A stretch of DNA of 62,951 nucleotides, counting the filler, from Globobulimina sp. (Eukaryota): the NCBI GenBank assembly GCA_003354225.1. It is 22 parts of 22 records of this genome, joined end to end, with 100 filler letters (N's around TTAATTAATTAA, not from the genome) between each part and the next. Parts side by side here need not be neighbours in the genome. Positions count along the whole stretch, not along the records: positions 11,470 to 14,236 come from PIVH01004977.1; positions 14,337 to 17,103 come from PIVH01004978.1; positions 17,204 to 19,970 come from PIVH01004979.1; positions 20,071 to 22,837 come from PIVH01004980.1; positions 22,938 to 25,704 come from PIVH01004981.1; 17 more parts are not named here. One strand, 5' to 3'. Below, piece by piece: positions 11,470-25,051 of this stretch (positions are counted from its first letter, which is position 1; every line of letters begins with the position of its first letter). A program made the position numbers and the translations under genes. The notes beneath the pieces were generated by a model. It was given only the letters and a program-made list of their open reading frames with translations. It was not told the origin of the DNA and searched no databases.

Positions 11470-12461
11470 GCGATAGGTTTTGGTGCTTTTACCATTTTAT
11501 TTAATATTTTCGCATGATAATAAGGAGAATATTTATCATAATCACTTGATAATATACATGCATCGACATCTATTTCATGATCAAATAATATATGTTCTCT
11601 TTCATCTCTATAATCACTAATATATGAAACATCCACTGCTTTATTTGTGTCCGCTTTTATAACTAAAATCATTCCATTCTTTCCTGCCAAAGCTCGTCCA
11701 AAATGAAAACAAGATGTTGTTGACAATGGTCCTGTATTCGTAAAAATAATAATTGTATTCAATAAATATATAAAAATACCTTGACATTGAGTTAAAAACT
11801 TAGCTTCATTTATTCCATGAAACAAAGTTAAAGTTTTTGGTTTCTTCATACAACCTGGAATATCATTAAATTTCTCAAACGTTTCTTGAAATGATCGTTT
11901 CCAATAATAAAACGATTCTAATCTTTGCTTTGATTGATTCCATGGCCAACGAAATAATTTTCTAAATTCTAGTTGTATTGAATAACAATTACAATATAAC
12001 TTTAATACAACTAACTGTTTTATGCCAATACCGTTATCTCTTAATAGTTGGCTATATCTCCTTGTTCTCTTCGATGAAGACTCTCCCCTCAATATCTTAC
12101 GGCAGCTCCTTAATATTCCATTCCATGTTTTCTCTGTAATTGGAGCATATTTATTATTTAACATTTCTCGTTTTAAATTGGCATATTTTGGCTTAATGTC
12201 ATCCGCCCACTTTGTCCCAAAGCTCCATTCTCGCGTTGTGTGCTGATCGAGTTCAATGTCACTTTGCTTTAAAGTTTGTTCATCAATTTGTTTTTCTGTT
12301 TCTTTATTCGTTAACCATTGGCAATGGTAACCAAAGAATAAGCCAAATAACTCAATAATACCATTAGGAATGTCAATATTGATAATATTCCATTTTTTAA
12401 ATATAAACTTATAGAGTTGCGAAACAACCCCAATATTCCAATCATGGATGGATTGATCCAC
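11470..12461 (-). CDS. ADP-ribosyltransferase-fold protein, paralog 2 (start uncertain; likely in-frame intron 11732-11779; 3' partial)
   Basis: KPKYANLKREMLNN, LKLYC, LFHGIN, GPLSTTS, GMILVI, VSYISDYRDEREHILF. Confidence 0.68.
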
Positions 12462-12647
12462 TACCTTCCAATCATTGTACTTACTTTAGTTTAGTTATTT
12501 AATTGATACTTGATTCGAGTTCAGTTGTTTGTTTATATAGTAACTTGTAATTTGAATTTTTCATTGGCTTTTCTATTTTATTAGAAACACATTAACAGAA
12601 GTTTTTTTTTTGATTATTTGAAAAGTTTTCTTGCTGGCCCGTTAATT

Positions 12648-13946
12648 ATGTTTTCTTTATTAACTCTTCATTTAATTTTGTTCGCTATTGAAGGCCAGAA
12701 GAGTTGGTATAATTGTGATGAGCATGAGAATGCATGTCAATCAGTGGACTGCACTGCAGAAGACGCAGCAACTAGAAGCAAAATAATGTGTAATGAATTT
12801 CCGTTAAGTATTATAACTATTAATATTATTATGCATCATATTATTTCAAACATCGCACTATGCTCAAACAGATTTTATGTAGGAAGTCTCAATTTGTTTG
12901 ACTATCAATCTCAGTGGTCTTTGATCGCTCAAACTGCATCAGAATGCAACAATGCATATAACTCTACAACTCCGTATTGTAATTCATGGACACAAGTTGA
13001 TTCTGACCAAACAACAGAGTGCGAATGTACAAGATTTGAATCTCCAGATAATGCTTACAATTCTTATTGCGCAGCATGGCAATGCCATAATGTTGAAGAT
13101 AAAATTGTGTCTTCCAAATGTCAATGCATAAACATCAATGATGTAAACAATTCGAATTCACATATTTCGCATTGCGTATCGTGGATATGTAATAATACGG
13201 ATAACTCTGCAGTTGCTAATAATTCCTCTCTCGTTGAATATCAATGTGTCTCCGATGAACCCGAACCGCATAATGCATACCATGCGGAATATATACATTA
13301 TCAAAACAACACAAACCATTCATTGTGTTGGAGTTGGATCGGTAACACATTAAATGCAGCACCTTCAAGCTGGTCAGTTATAAATTGTGAATGTCAGCGA
13401 CCTAAACTTGCGGTGTATGTTACAGATCAAAGTAAAACTGGAGGAGTGAGCAATTTATATTGCGATGCATGGATATGTTACAACAAATCAATGAGTTATT
13501 ATCATATTTCGCAATTACAATTTTATTTATCATGGACAATCGCATCTATTGCTGGAGTTTCACTGTGTATGTTAAGATATTTTGCATTCAAATATGGATT
13601 CGAAAAGGTTAAAGTCAGCAAACCCAAACATGTTACAGCATTAAAGTGGTTTTGCAATATCTTAGTCGTTATCTCATTGTTTACTTTATTATTCTGGTCA
13701 TTTATCTATGGCGGCACGTTAAGTGTATTGCTAACTGTGTTCGCTTGGAATGTATTCGTGTTATTTATGATAATCGGTGTTGCTGTTAAACGTTATCTTA
13801 AAAAGAGAGAAAATGAAAAATTACAAGAAGCACAATATGAATTTAAAAATTTTAAATCGATGTTTTTCCCACGATTGCCAACTCAAAACAGTTGGTTTCG
13901 TTATTCTCACACAGAAAGTTTGAGCAATGAGGAACTTGACATTTAA
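12648..13946 (+). CDS. Cys-rich ectodomain membrane protein (signal peptide, CxC...CxxWxC repeats, about 3 TM)
   Basis: Repeated CEC/CQC...CAAWQC/CVSWIC/CDAWIC units and three C-terminal hydrophobic helices. Probable in-frame intron near 12803-12871. Confidence 0.65.
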   Translation: MFSLLTLHLILFAIEGQKSWYNCDEHENACQSVDCTAEDAATRSKIMCNEFPLSIITINIIMHHIISNIALCSNRFYVGSLNLFDYQSQWSLIAQTASECNNAYNSTTPYCNSWTQVDSDQTTECECTRFESPDNAYNSYCAAWQCHNVEDKIVSSKCQCININDVNNSNSHISHCVSWICNNTDNSAVANNSSLVEYQCVSDEPEPHNAYHAEYIHYQNNTNHSLCWSWIGNTLNAAPSSWSVINCECQRPKLAVYVTDQSKTGGVSNLYCDAWICYNKSMSYYHISQLQFYLSWTIASIAGVSLCMLRYFAFKYGFEKVKVSKPKHVTALKWFCNILVVISLFTLLFWSFIYGGTLSVLLTVFAWNVFVLFMIIGVAVKRYLKKRENEKLQEAQYEFKNFKSMFFPRLPTQNSWFRYSHTESLSNEELDI

Positions 13947-14336
13947 TTTGTAATAAAAGAAAAGACAACAAATGATTCCATCCATAATTCCATATAAAAA
14001 CAACATACTGGCAAATGAATCCGACTGCAAAAATTTAAAACTAGTAATAAAAAAACACACACCATGCCTTCATTACATTATCAACGAAAGCTGCGTAAGC
14101 AACAACGTAGATCACGTAAAAAAATCAAACGACAAATCCAAGGCTACCTATTGCTATCTGCATTCATTGTATCTGTTCTAATATCACTATATAATTATGC
14201 ATCTACTGTGGATGATATAAACCGTATACAAAATGCNNNNNNNNNNNNNNNNNNNNNNNNNNNNNNNNNNNNNNNNNNNNTTAATTAATTAANNNNNNNN
14301 NNNNNNNNNNNNNNNNNNNNNNNNNNNNNNNNNNNN

Positions 14337-17103
14337 TCTCTCTCCCGTTCCCTATCTCTATTTCTATCGCGATCTCTCTCTCGCTCTCGAACCCGGTCCC
14401 TGTCCCTCTCCCTATCCCTCTCTCTATCTCTGTTCCTATCTCTTTCTCTCTTTCTCTCCCTATCCCTGTTCCTATTTAATAAGCGACTATTATTATTTTT
14501 ATTATTTACGTTCGAATTCATAACATTCACAGTTGCGTTCCTATCAACCCTCTCTCGATCAGCATACCGCCGACTATTATTACTAATGTTCTTCTTGATA
14601 TTATTTTTCTTAATTTTATGATTACTGTTCCCATTTTTATCTCGCTTAATCATCCTACGGCCGCCACCATTCTCCGAATCGCTATAACTGAACGACGAAC
14701 CACTCGAACTATGGCTGTTGGAACTGGACGACACATCGCCCGACGATGAGCTCTCTCTCTTTAACTTCTTACGAATACGGTGCGACTGCGAGCAATATCT
14801 CCTCTTTTTATCTTTCCCTTTCTTCTCCTTCTCCACATCGCCATTATTACTTATCGGCAACGACTCATATAAATTCAATTTATCATTATCCCTCTCCTTC
14901 TCTTTGCAAATATCAATTTTCCTCTCCACTGTGACATCCTTCTTACTCTCATGAGTCTCGTCAGCAGCCACAATATGATCACGCTTCAACTCTTCATTCT
15001 GGTCGTCACCGCACTCACTTTCCAACAACACGCCATCATAAATCTGCAAAGTTCGCCTGAAATCGACATCTGACGCAGTGAATTCTGTGCTGCTCTCCGC
15101 ATCCATATCCACTTCGACATCGCTGCTATAATCCTTCCAATATTTTGGCTCGGTCCATGAGGTTTCATTGGTTAATTTATTCCAAAAATAGTATTCTCTC
15201 TCTTTACGATTCGCTGTGCGTAGCCGCAGCCAACTGATTTGAAACGGACCTTTGGATGAATCGTTTTTCAACGATGGAGAGACAGAAACTTCCTTCACCG
15301 CAGCTCCAGCACTCAGTTTCACGCTGACACTGATGCTGTTACTGCGGCGCGGATCGCTCGAACCATAACCTGTGGAAGACACGGATGCCGAAGAAATGTC
15401 GCCGGTGGATGACATATCTTCGTCGCTGGAATCAATAATAAGATTGTTCTGCAACAATGCAACAGAATCACTTTGTTCGCGCGCAATGTCACTCACTCCG
15501 ACAACACTGGTGGTCAATGATTGTGGCTGTGCACTCATATCAATATCAATGTTATTTGGCTTCGTAGCAGTTATTTGCATGTGTTGTATATGATGTTGTT
15601 GGAGCTGATGTGTGTTTGTTAGGTGATGCGTAGTTATATTTGTTGATTTTGTACTGTTAGTTAACGAATGTTCTCGTTTGTCTCTATAATTATATCGTTC
15701 CCGCGTATTATTGTTATATCGATCCCGTTCTCGATCTCGTTTATATCGATCGCGGTCCCTACTGTTACATGAAAAAAATATCAGTCTGAAGATTCATTTT
15801 TTGTTATGACATAAAGAATATTTTACCTGTCACGAGCACTTCGGTCCAAATTTCTATTTCTATCCCGTTCCCGCTCCCGTTCTCTGTCTCGATCGCGATG
15901 TCCGCGGTCTCGTTCCCTGTATCTATTATTTCGCTCTTTATCTCGTTTTCTATGTTTGTTAATAATACTTTTATACGAAGCAATTGCATCATTTAATCTT
16001 AATTTATTATTCCCACAAACTTCAACATAAAACTCTTCACATTTACTACTATCAAATCCACGCTTCAATGCCACACTATTCGCATCCTGCAACGTCATGG
16101 AAACGTTATATTTCTGTTCTTGCTCTGTTTTCGCCGGTCCGTACCGTCCATAAATCACATCATACCAATCCATTTTCGGAAAATCGCACGTTTTTATACA
16201 AATCTTCTCGTTATATTGCGGCTTGTCGTCGTCATCGTCATTTGGTGATGGGATATCATTAAAACTCGGATCAAACACACTTTTCTTATGTGCTCTCTGT
16301 ACAGGTTTGGTTTTTATCGTCGATGGACCTTTATTAGTATTACTAATTTTATTTGTTACCAAAGAGCTCGACGCAGCATTCGAAGCTAATCGTGTGCCAC
16401 CAATCAATTTATCAGTAAACAATGATTTACATAGTTTTGCTTGTTTAACAATATTCAAATCCAAACGCGAATTGTTGATAATACTGGTAATAATATCCAA
16501 CAATTTCGAGCGTGGTTTCCAATCAATTTTGAGCATTTTTGTCTTCTTAATCACAGCAAAAATGTCAGTGATAACTTTCTCTGCATCTTTCTTCGTCTTA
16601 CTCTCAATTTTAGGATTGGTTAGTTTCACCATAGCTTTTTGCAACCAACATGTCAATTTTTCGTCTCCTTTGTGCTGTTTGATCCACGTTGTTATCACAG
16701 CTTTACTCAAATCATTGGTGCGCTGCAATAAACATTTGCAAATTTGCGCGGATCTTTTTTTCATACTCACATCGCGAGCATTAGCAGTCTGTAAAAATTG
16801 CGCCAGGATCACATCCACCATTTTAATGTTATTCTGCTTGACTGCTTCTTTGTTATTTTTAGTGAATTTAAATTTGGGAATTTTAACTTTTGCACTTGTT
16901 TCTTTCGATGATATTGTTTCTTGTTTTTGAATATTATTCGTAGACACATTAACTTTCTCTTTTTTTAATATAGTATTTTGTTCATTAATTTTATTCATAT
17001 CCACAGTGTCAGATTCTTCACAAATGTCCTCTTCCATTTTAACAATGTTTTGCGCTGTTTTCAGCTTTCTATTCTTGACCGGTCTCCTTTTAGCTTTGCG
17101 TTT
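14337..17103 (-). CDS. Nuclear RD/RE-dipeptide-rich protein with WW domain (both ends partial; intron 15759-15826)
   Basis: The intron joins ORFs 15823-17037 and 14285-15580 in frame. WW: W......REYYFWNKLTNETSWTEP. Extensive RDRDRE tracts. Confidence 0.7.
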
Positions 17104-17203
17104 NNNNNNNNNNNNNNNNNNNNNNNNNNNNNNNNNNNNNNNNNNNNTTAATTAATTAANNNNNNNNNNNNNNNNNNNNNNNNNNNNNNNNNNNNNNNNN
17201 NNN

Positions 17204-18342
17204 CGTTTGTTGGAAAATGTAAATATGAATAAAAGCGATAGAAAACAGAGAATTACCTCGCAATCACAAAATATATTAAATCAAAGTTCAAACTTATTCA
17301 AAACTGACATTATTCATTCAGTGAATGCGACATTTAATATTCAATTTAATTCCACACAAAACTATAAAGTTAACTTTGTTTAATTTTTTGTCAATATATA
17401 TTTTTGCGAATTTGCGTCTATATACAACAGTATCTGAGTAATATTGGGCGGATTGATGGCAATGAAGAAATTCCACAAATCAAAGTGTTGCAAATTGTAG
17501 CAAATAATGTCGATATTTGTGTTGAATTTGAATGTGATGCTCGTATCTTTTTATATGGCTTACAATGCACTCAAATAAATGGCAAAGAATGCGACGAAAA
17601 GAAAGAAGAAAATATGAGTAAATATGTTGAATTTAAAGAGGATAAATATCGCATAAAAAACTTAAAATATGATACTAAATATTCGATTAATGCAAAAGCA
17701 AAAATATCCCAAAATGTATGGACAAATTATTCAAAGAATGTAATTATTCAAACAATGAAAAAAAAAGCAAAGGTTTTTGATTCGGACTCATTAATATTGA
17801 CAAATCCAAACGAAATTGGAATATTTGAAAAGTTATTAAAGCCGCAATTAAAATCAGTATTAAATAAAGAAAGGCTTTCCTTCAAATTATTGTATAGGAA
17901 CTCGAGAGACGGTGACAGTGCGAAAGCATTCCACGAGAAATGCGACGGATATTCAAATACAGTGATTTTAGTACATTCTGATTATAATCATATTTTTGGG
18001 GGATTTACAACATATAAATGGCAATCTGTTGGTGATGGGAGAAGGGATGATAATGCATTTTTGTTTTTGGTTCGTTCATCATTTAATCATAAAGCGAGAC
18101 TCTATAAACTGTTAAAAAAAGATAACTACTCAGTGTATGATTATAGTGGTCGTGGGCCATGTTTTGGAGGTGGATATGATTTGGGATTACATCCTAACAA
18201 CAATAAACATTTCAGTTATTTAGGATGTCAGTCAAGATATGAAGGAGGAGGCAATGAATTGTGTGGCGGAGATACACATAAAACTAATATCGCCGCACAT
18301 TATTTCCAAGTAAAAGAGTATGAAGTTTTTGCAGTGAGTTGA
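17204..18342 (+). CDS. FN3 + TLDc domain protein (5' partial; intron ending 17430)
   Basis: LLYRNSRDG...FHEKCDG...IFGGFT...AFLF...GPCFGGG.DL...EYEVF is a TLDc domain; NLKYDTKYSI is FN3-like. Confidence 0.88.
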
Positions 18343-18389
18343 GAAAGTTTTGTTGTGTTTTTTATAATTATTCTTTTAGCTGAAAGGCA

Positions 18390-19970
18390 ATGTCCAGTAA
18401 ACTTGCTGCTTCCTTGCGTGACATCCAAAGCGAAGCATTAGTGATCGAAACAACCGCAATCAAAATAAAAGCCACTTCCAAACTGAAATATATGAATTCT
18501 TACAAGAATGGCACGCAGTCCTTACACACGACGCCCATTGATAACGACGGCGATCTGTCTGACGAGGAAGTGAATGGCCTCTCCATCTCAGTGAGCAACA
18601 TTCACATTCACAGACACCGCCATTCCAAGAAGCACAAACTGCAAAACAACACCTCCCGCCAAGCGGGCCATACTCCGCCACCTCGCTCTTCGCAGAATAA
18701 AATGGCGCGTTTTAGCGATTTGGTGCGCGATACGGATAAGAAAGAAGGGCCCATAAATTGGTGGAATTTGAAGGTGAAAATGCCCGATGACAACACTATG
18801 AATATTTTGTCGCCGCATCGCATTCCCGTCCCGACCACGCCCACCACGCCGGAATACATTGTAAAGACGCCCGATGGACAAAGGATATCTTTGTTCGATT
18901 ACATCGACGAAGAGGAGAAACTGTCAAAGCTCGGCATTCGAGTCGATGACCAAAAGAAACAATACATTGACAAGCTGCGAAAACAGGTTTGCCATTCTCC
19001 CATTTTCCCATTTTCCCATTTTGGATGTCTGCGAATTTGCGCACTTTGCATCAGCAAGAAATGGCTGCAGAAAAAGAGAAGTTTGAACTGAAAGAAAGGG
19101 AGAAATTGAACCAAGACACGGACGGAAATGAGAGCGACATTGACAGCGAAAGCACCGTCGACGAATACGGCATGGCGGAGATGATAAACCCTTCGCATAT
19201 TTTAGCTGTAATGTCGCAGCCAATATATCCCGAAACCGTCAACAACACAAAAACGCGGAAACGCAGCAAAACGCCGCACGATCCATCCACGCCAACCATA
19301 GTGACGTATGACTGGGACGCAATGACCAATGGCGAGGTAGGCAGCGATCCGTACTCTGTGCTGGAAGAATGGAACAATTTGCAAAATGACTATGGCTCTT
19401 TCCAGCTGAACAAAGCCACACTGATCACGCCGCAAACTATGCCGCCAATGACGCAGCGCTTCGACGGCCGCATCTCACTGCCATTGTACTCCAACAATAT
19501 GAACAAAACCACCTCGGCGCAGAGCTACATTGTACACAACAGCCAGAACCGCAAAGTGCTGAACCCATCGCATTCCAATAAGCGACACAGCGAAGTGATA
19601 TTACACAATAAACACAAAAAAATGCGCGGCCAAAATACACAGATCAAAAGACGCAGAGACCGCAAATCAAAGCGTAGGGGAAAGGATGGTATGTGTTTTT
19701 GTGCGCATTTTGTACATAATATTTGTTATATTTTCTGCGTATTTTTGTAGGTAATCGGTTGAAGCGCAGTGCGAGTGTGGAGGCCCCGGATGGCGGCAAA
19801 GGCAAAACCATCAAAGATCGGAGCGATAAGAAAAAGCATAAACGGCACTCTGTCAATAAAGGAAAGAAGCGGCGCGCCAAAAGGAAGGAGGTGGCCTTTG
19901 CCGATATGGCCAAATCCGAGAATTTGATGTCTCGCAAAGCGCCGCTCCAAATGACGCAGAAAATGCCCAC
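18390..19970 (+). CDS. Low-complexity hydrophilic protein of unknown function (introns 18987-19054, 19689-19750; 3' partial)
   Basis: Three consecutive ORFs bounded by GT-AG introns; GC-richer codon usage. Confidence 0.6.
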
Positions 19971-20070
19971 NNNNNNNNNNNNNNNNNNNNNNNNNNNNNN
20001 NNNNNNNNNNNNNNTTAATTAATTAANNNNNNNNNNNNNNNNNNNNNNNNNNNNNNNNNNNNNNNNNNNN

Positions 20071-20758
20071 GCACAGACTCTGCCACTTTCCTAAAACGAA
20101 TGTTTTCAGGATTCAAATATTTGTCTACTAATTCCGTGGATGTTAGCCATTGATAGATGTGACTTAATAAATCGTCTGAACCTATTAATAAATTATTGGA
20201 AACATTATTTATAATTTGCCCATTCATTAATTTTAATTGCGAAGGATCACCAGTTAATTGCGAAGGACCACCAGTTAATTGTGAAGGGGCTGCACTTAAT
20301 TGTGAAGGAGCTGCACTTAATTGTTGTTGTTGTGGTGATAATGATTCCGCAGAGTCTGGTCCTTTTGGAGAATCTGTTAATCCTCCAGCGCCAGCGGCAG
20401 CGGAAGAATCTGGTGATAACGATTCGAGATTTTTTGTTTTTGATGATACCACTTCATTGTTATTGTTATTGTTTTGAACCGGTACCACAGTTGTAATACA
20501 CACCACGACTACAATAACAAAAATAACAAATACCATACAGCCAATAATTCTGGGTTTATTCGAGCTCGGGTGATTCCACCATGTTGCCATTCCAGTCACA
20601 GTGATTCCAGCAGTCGCATTATTTGCACCACCTAGTTCTTCATCCATTTGTACCACATATGAGCCTGCTGCGTATGCCGGTGTTGCTGATGCACTAGGAT
20701 GAATCTCTGGAAATTCATCATTATTTTTATTCTTATCTGCATGATCAGAGTCAGGCAT
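20071..20758 (-). CDS. Single-pass membrane protein with short tandem repeats (3' partial)
   Basis: TM segment IIGCMVFVIFVIVVVVC; 21-bp repeat (PSQLSAA/PSQLTGG) x4 at about 20233-20322. Confidence 0.55.
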
Positions 20759-21834
20759 TCTTGTTTTAATTTTATTTCTGTTATTTTTTCAACAACATTC
20801 AATTTTAAATCAAATATACATTGTGTTGCAAATGCAAACAAACCTTTTGGGATCGAGACGAGTATAGGAAACTATAAATTACTTTTTGAAGCAAGGATGT
20901 TGAGTTAGTTGAAGCACGCGAGGATTACTTGGTTTTATCGCACGCGAGGAAAACAGCTGCAACAATTGTTTACATTGTCGAATTCAAAAGTTTCCATTAC
21001 ATCATGATTTAGCGTAACCTTTGTACCACGATGTGCAAGTTGCAGTGTTTTCAAATTTATAGCAAAATAATATTATATCACACGTTTTGTAGCAATCAAT
21101 CAAAATAATGAAGTTATTGGTATTTATGCTAAAAAAATAAATTAAACGCATTCCCAATAACTCTAAAAAAATAAATTAAACGCTAAAAAAAGCGAGAGGA
21201 GATATAAAATAGAATATATAATAAAATATAAAGTTTAATATTTATGTTTAGTTTGATGTCAAAACCAAGCTACTTTATCATCACAAACAATACAATTGCA
21301 ACTCCATTGTGTGGAATAGCCATTTATTGAACAATTTGGTGTAACAAAGGCCAAACAATACATTGATTATAAGTGTCTTTGTAGATTCTCCATCGTTGTT
21401 CATGTATTATTTGTTGATCATTATAAATAAATTGATTCAACATATTATTCTTCTTCTTATTCTCAATATTTTTTATATTTGTCGGAAACTGTAATTTAAT
21501 TAAAAATATACTTTCTTTTAATACATTGCGTATACAATGAATTTAATATCAATTTAATTTCATTGCCAATAGTTTGTGCATTGTAATCATTAATATTTAC
21601 ACAGATTTTAAGACCTTTTCTGTTAACTCCCTGCTGTTACTCATCTGATTGCGCACAGACAGATAACAGATGTGATGTATGTATTATACGCACTTAAGTG
21701 TAATATTCCATTCTTTGGTATGAATAAATCGATGCGTATCCGGCACAAAATTGTGTGTAAAAAGTTCAACCAGCTGGGAAAAGATGATTTTTGTCCAAGT
21801 AAAGTTTAAATTTACTTAAACGCAGTCCTGAAAC

Positions 21835-22837
21835 ATGCTGCACACAAGTAATGAAGGTGAAGACACCGCATTCAATTTCGAGACGTGGATCAATAAGAAT
21901 GGATTGGAAGATGTCAAAGATTTGTTTATCAAACATGGCGCCGTCAAACCGCAGTCTTTATCAATGTCATCTGCGGAGTTGCAAGGTTTGATGAGTGATC
22001 CACAGTTATTTGGCAAAGCATATCTGATCCCCAATATTATGAATGCTGTCAACAAAATATGTCAATTGCAAATATCCAACGTATATCATGTCATCACAGA
22101 AGATGAAGAATTGGCAATGCAGAAAATGAAGCGACACTTAACTGAATTGGATAAATTTGATAATATATTTTGTGGATTAAAAAGAAAATATCCTCAAAGC
22201 ATTGAGCGTATTAAAAATATCAAATTGAAGCAAATCGAAGAAAGCCAAAGCAAAATAAATGAAACATTCAATGATATTGAAACTGCGTTGCACAGCAAAC
22301 AAGAAATGTTATTCCAGCAATTAGAAAATATTAAATCCGCCGTAAATAAACAGCAAAATGTCAGTGAAGGGAAAGAAAATGAGATCATTGCAAATTGCAT
22401 TAAAACTGTGCGTTTCTCAAAAAATGAGATCTCAAATCAACTGCAAACTTGCGACAATATGATAAAATCAGCAGATTCAAACAATTCTGATCGAGATAGG
22501 AAACAAAGAAAAGAAAATATAAAAAATATTGCCACGCAAACAAATGCTAAATTTAATAAAACACAAAATCGATTGAATGCAAATAAAGCAGCGGTTCAAA
22601 ATATGATCGATAAAAACAACAATTTGAACATAAGGATTGATTTATTAATTAATGCAAAAACGTATAACAAAATACTTGCAAAAATAAGCAACTTTGCAAG
22701 CATTGTCGATAATGCTGACAACGCAGACAACGCTGAATTAGATGACGAAGATTTAATGATTGAAAAATATAAACAACAAATTGCAGAGATGAGCAACAAA
22801 AATATGACATTGAGGCAAGAATTAGCTCAAAAAAGGA
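21835..22837 (+). CDS. SAM-like + coiled-coil protein (3' partial), similar layout to 7286-8502
   Basis: FETWINKNGL N-terminal helical domain, VITEDE..A linker, long coiled coil. Confidence 0.55.
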
Positions 22838-23312
22838 NNNNNNNNNNNNNNNNNNNNNNNNNNNNNNNNNNNNNNNNNNNNTTAATTAATTAANNNNNNN
22901 NNNNNNNNNNNNNNNNNNNNNNNNNNNNNNNNNNNNNAATAAAATACGCTTATTCTTAAAATCAATAATTTCACACAAAGTCAATATTTTTTTATGATTA
23001 AAGTGCTTTAAAACCTGTGCATAGGAGCTCATGTTTACTGTACTGTACTCTCTGTAAAAAAAATTCTATTTCTTTCTAACAATTTGAAATCATAACATAA
23101 AATTGTTTCACTTAAATAACATAAAAAAAACAAACAGCTAAAATTAATATATAGAAGTCCTTTTATAATGTAACTAATGTATATATATAATGTTTTATTA
23201 TAAAATTACTTTTATTAATAATTAATTATTTTATTGTTTGGTTTTTAATAAATTTGTTTGTAATTTGTATTTATTTCAATTGACAGTTAGCTTACAAATT
23301 GATTATTGATTA

Positions 23313-24297
23313 TTAAAATCGTCGAATATTTTCAGGGGATGGGGAAATTGAAGAATTAGTCGGAGATAATATATTGAGATTAATTTGATAAATCGACTGA
23401 TAATTCATATTGATTGCATTTCCATTTCCATTTCCATTTTGATCATGGTTCAAATGTATAGCTGCTTTATGCAATAAATTTAGAAATCTAATCTGTGACT
23501 CAATATTGATATAATTTGGATTTATATTCCTTTGGCCACGTTGCCTTTTAAATGATGGCTCATTATTATTAATATTCTGATTATCTCTTCTTGATCGTTT
23601 TCTTGTTTGTTCCACATTTTGATTCTCAATATATTTCATTTTCGGTCTTAATTTCCTTTTTGCTTTTTTTGTACTTGAATTTATAACTTTTGGCGATCGT
23701 GTTAATAAAACAGAATTGCTTTCGGTTTTTCTTTTCGATACAAATTTAAATGGAGCAGGCTCCGCAATTACAGTTGGTTTATTTGTTCTATTTCTATTAA
23801 TATTTTTAGCAATGACGGGATTTTTTTTCTTATAAACAACATTATATCGATGAAATCCTTCTTGATGTTTGATCAAATTATGTCGCGTTGAACAACTTTT
23901 ACCGCATATTCCCTTTGATTTGGATTTCTTAGATATTGTACAAATCCATGGTGGTTGACCTATTTATATATAATTAAGATAGCTTTATATATACTACATA
24001 TTCATTACGAATGTCTGTGATTTACATACAATGCTCTCTATGCGTTGTAATGTGCGCACAAAAATTATACCACGATGCTGATTCTTTATTACATTCAGAA
24101 CAAACCAATTTCGTTTTTTTATCGTTGTTGGACGATTGATGTTGCACAATATGATGTTCTTGATATTCCGTTTCATCGTAAAATATCTTGTTTTTAATTC
24201 CTAATCGACTACACTCAAAACAAATCATTTCATATTTATGATAATCTTCAAACGCAATACTAACTGTCTTTTTTGATGTTTTATATTCTTTTGACAT
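23313..24297 (-). CDS. C2H2 zinc-finger protein (intron 23960-24029)
   Basis: CFEC...HHIVQH, CSEC...HITTH and, after splicing, PWIC...CGK...LIKHQEGFH. Confidence 0.75.
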
Positions 24298-24754
24298 TCT
24301 CAATTAACACAACCAATAATTATAATTTTTGATTTTCAAACAATATTTACGATGCTTTGATTTGTAGAAAACGGAAACTGAGAGCCTGGAGAATTGTGTT
24401 AGTTTAACCAAAAAACATCAAGTTTTTTTATGAACCCACTGTGAGAATCGTATTGCGCTGTCTGTGTCTGTTTGCCTTACATTACATTCAGCTGATAACC
24501 CCTCACCACCTGGTCGATAAGCTGTATACATTTGGTTCAGTTTTTATGCAATTGCAAGATAAAATATATTTATAGTTGGATACAAGGGAGACAAATGACA
24601 ATATTTGTTTGGAAACATAATTATGGATATAAATTAGTAGTGTGTTGAGGGCAGCATACGCGTGGCTGTGCACAAACAATTCTGAATATATACAACAGAA
24701 ACCAACTACATGTGGCTATTAAAACAAAAATAAAATAAAAACAAAAAAACGTGC

Positions 24755-25051
24755 TATATGAACCCGTCCATTTATTGTAGTTAGGATACATGGCCTTTTG
24801 TGTGTATGCAAAGTTTAGATATGTATATCACATATCCCATAAATCAATCGATGGTATCAGGAAGCAGTATTTATATGTGTTTAATATTATGATAGCGTCG
24901 TAATAATAACACTGTTTCCTATGTACGTATATTGTGTGGCAAACTCTAGTAATGATCCATATTTTGCATGATATCTTTGTATGTTATTTGAAATTTGGGT
25001 ATACACAAAAGGCCGTGTATCCTAACTACAATAAATGGAAGGATACATATA
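24755..25051. mobile_element. MITE-like inverted-repeat element
   Basis: 37-bp arms 24767-24803 and 25003-25039 are reverse complements with one mismatch. They extend imperfectly to TATATG/CATATA ends; the interior is non-coding. Confidence 0.6.

Noticed and set aside
21255-21460. Cys-rich minus-strand remnant resembling a transposase C-terminal finger
   Set aside because: Multiple stops, very short, no DDE domain or termini visible.
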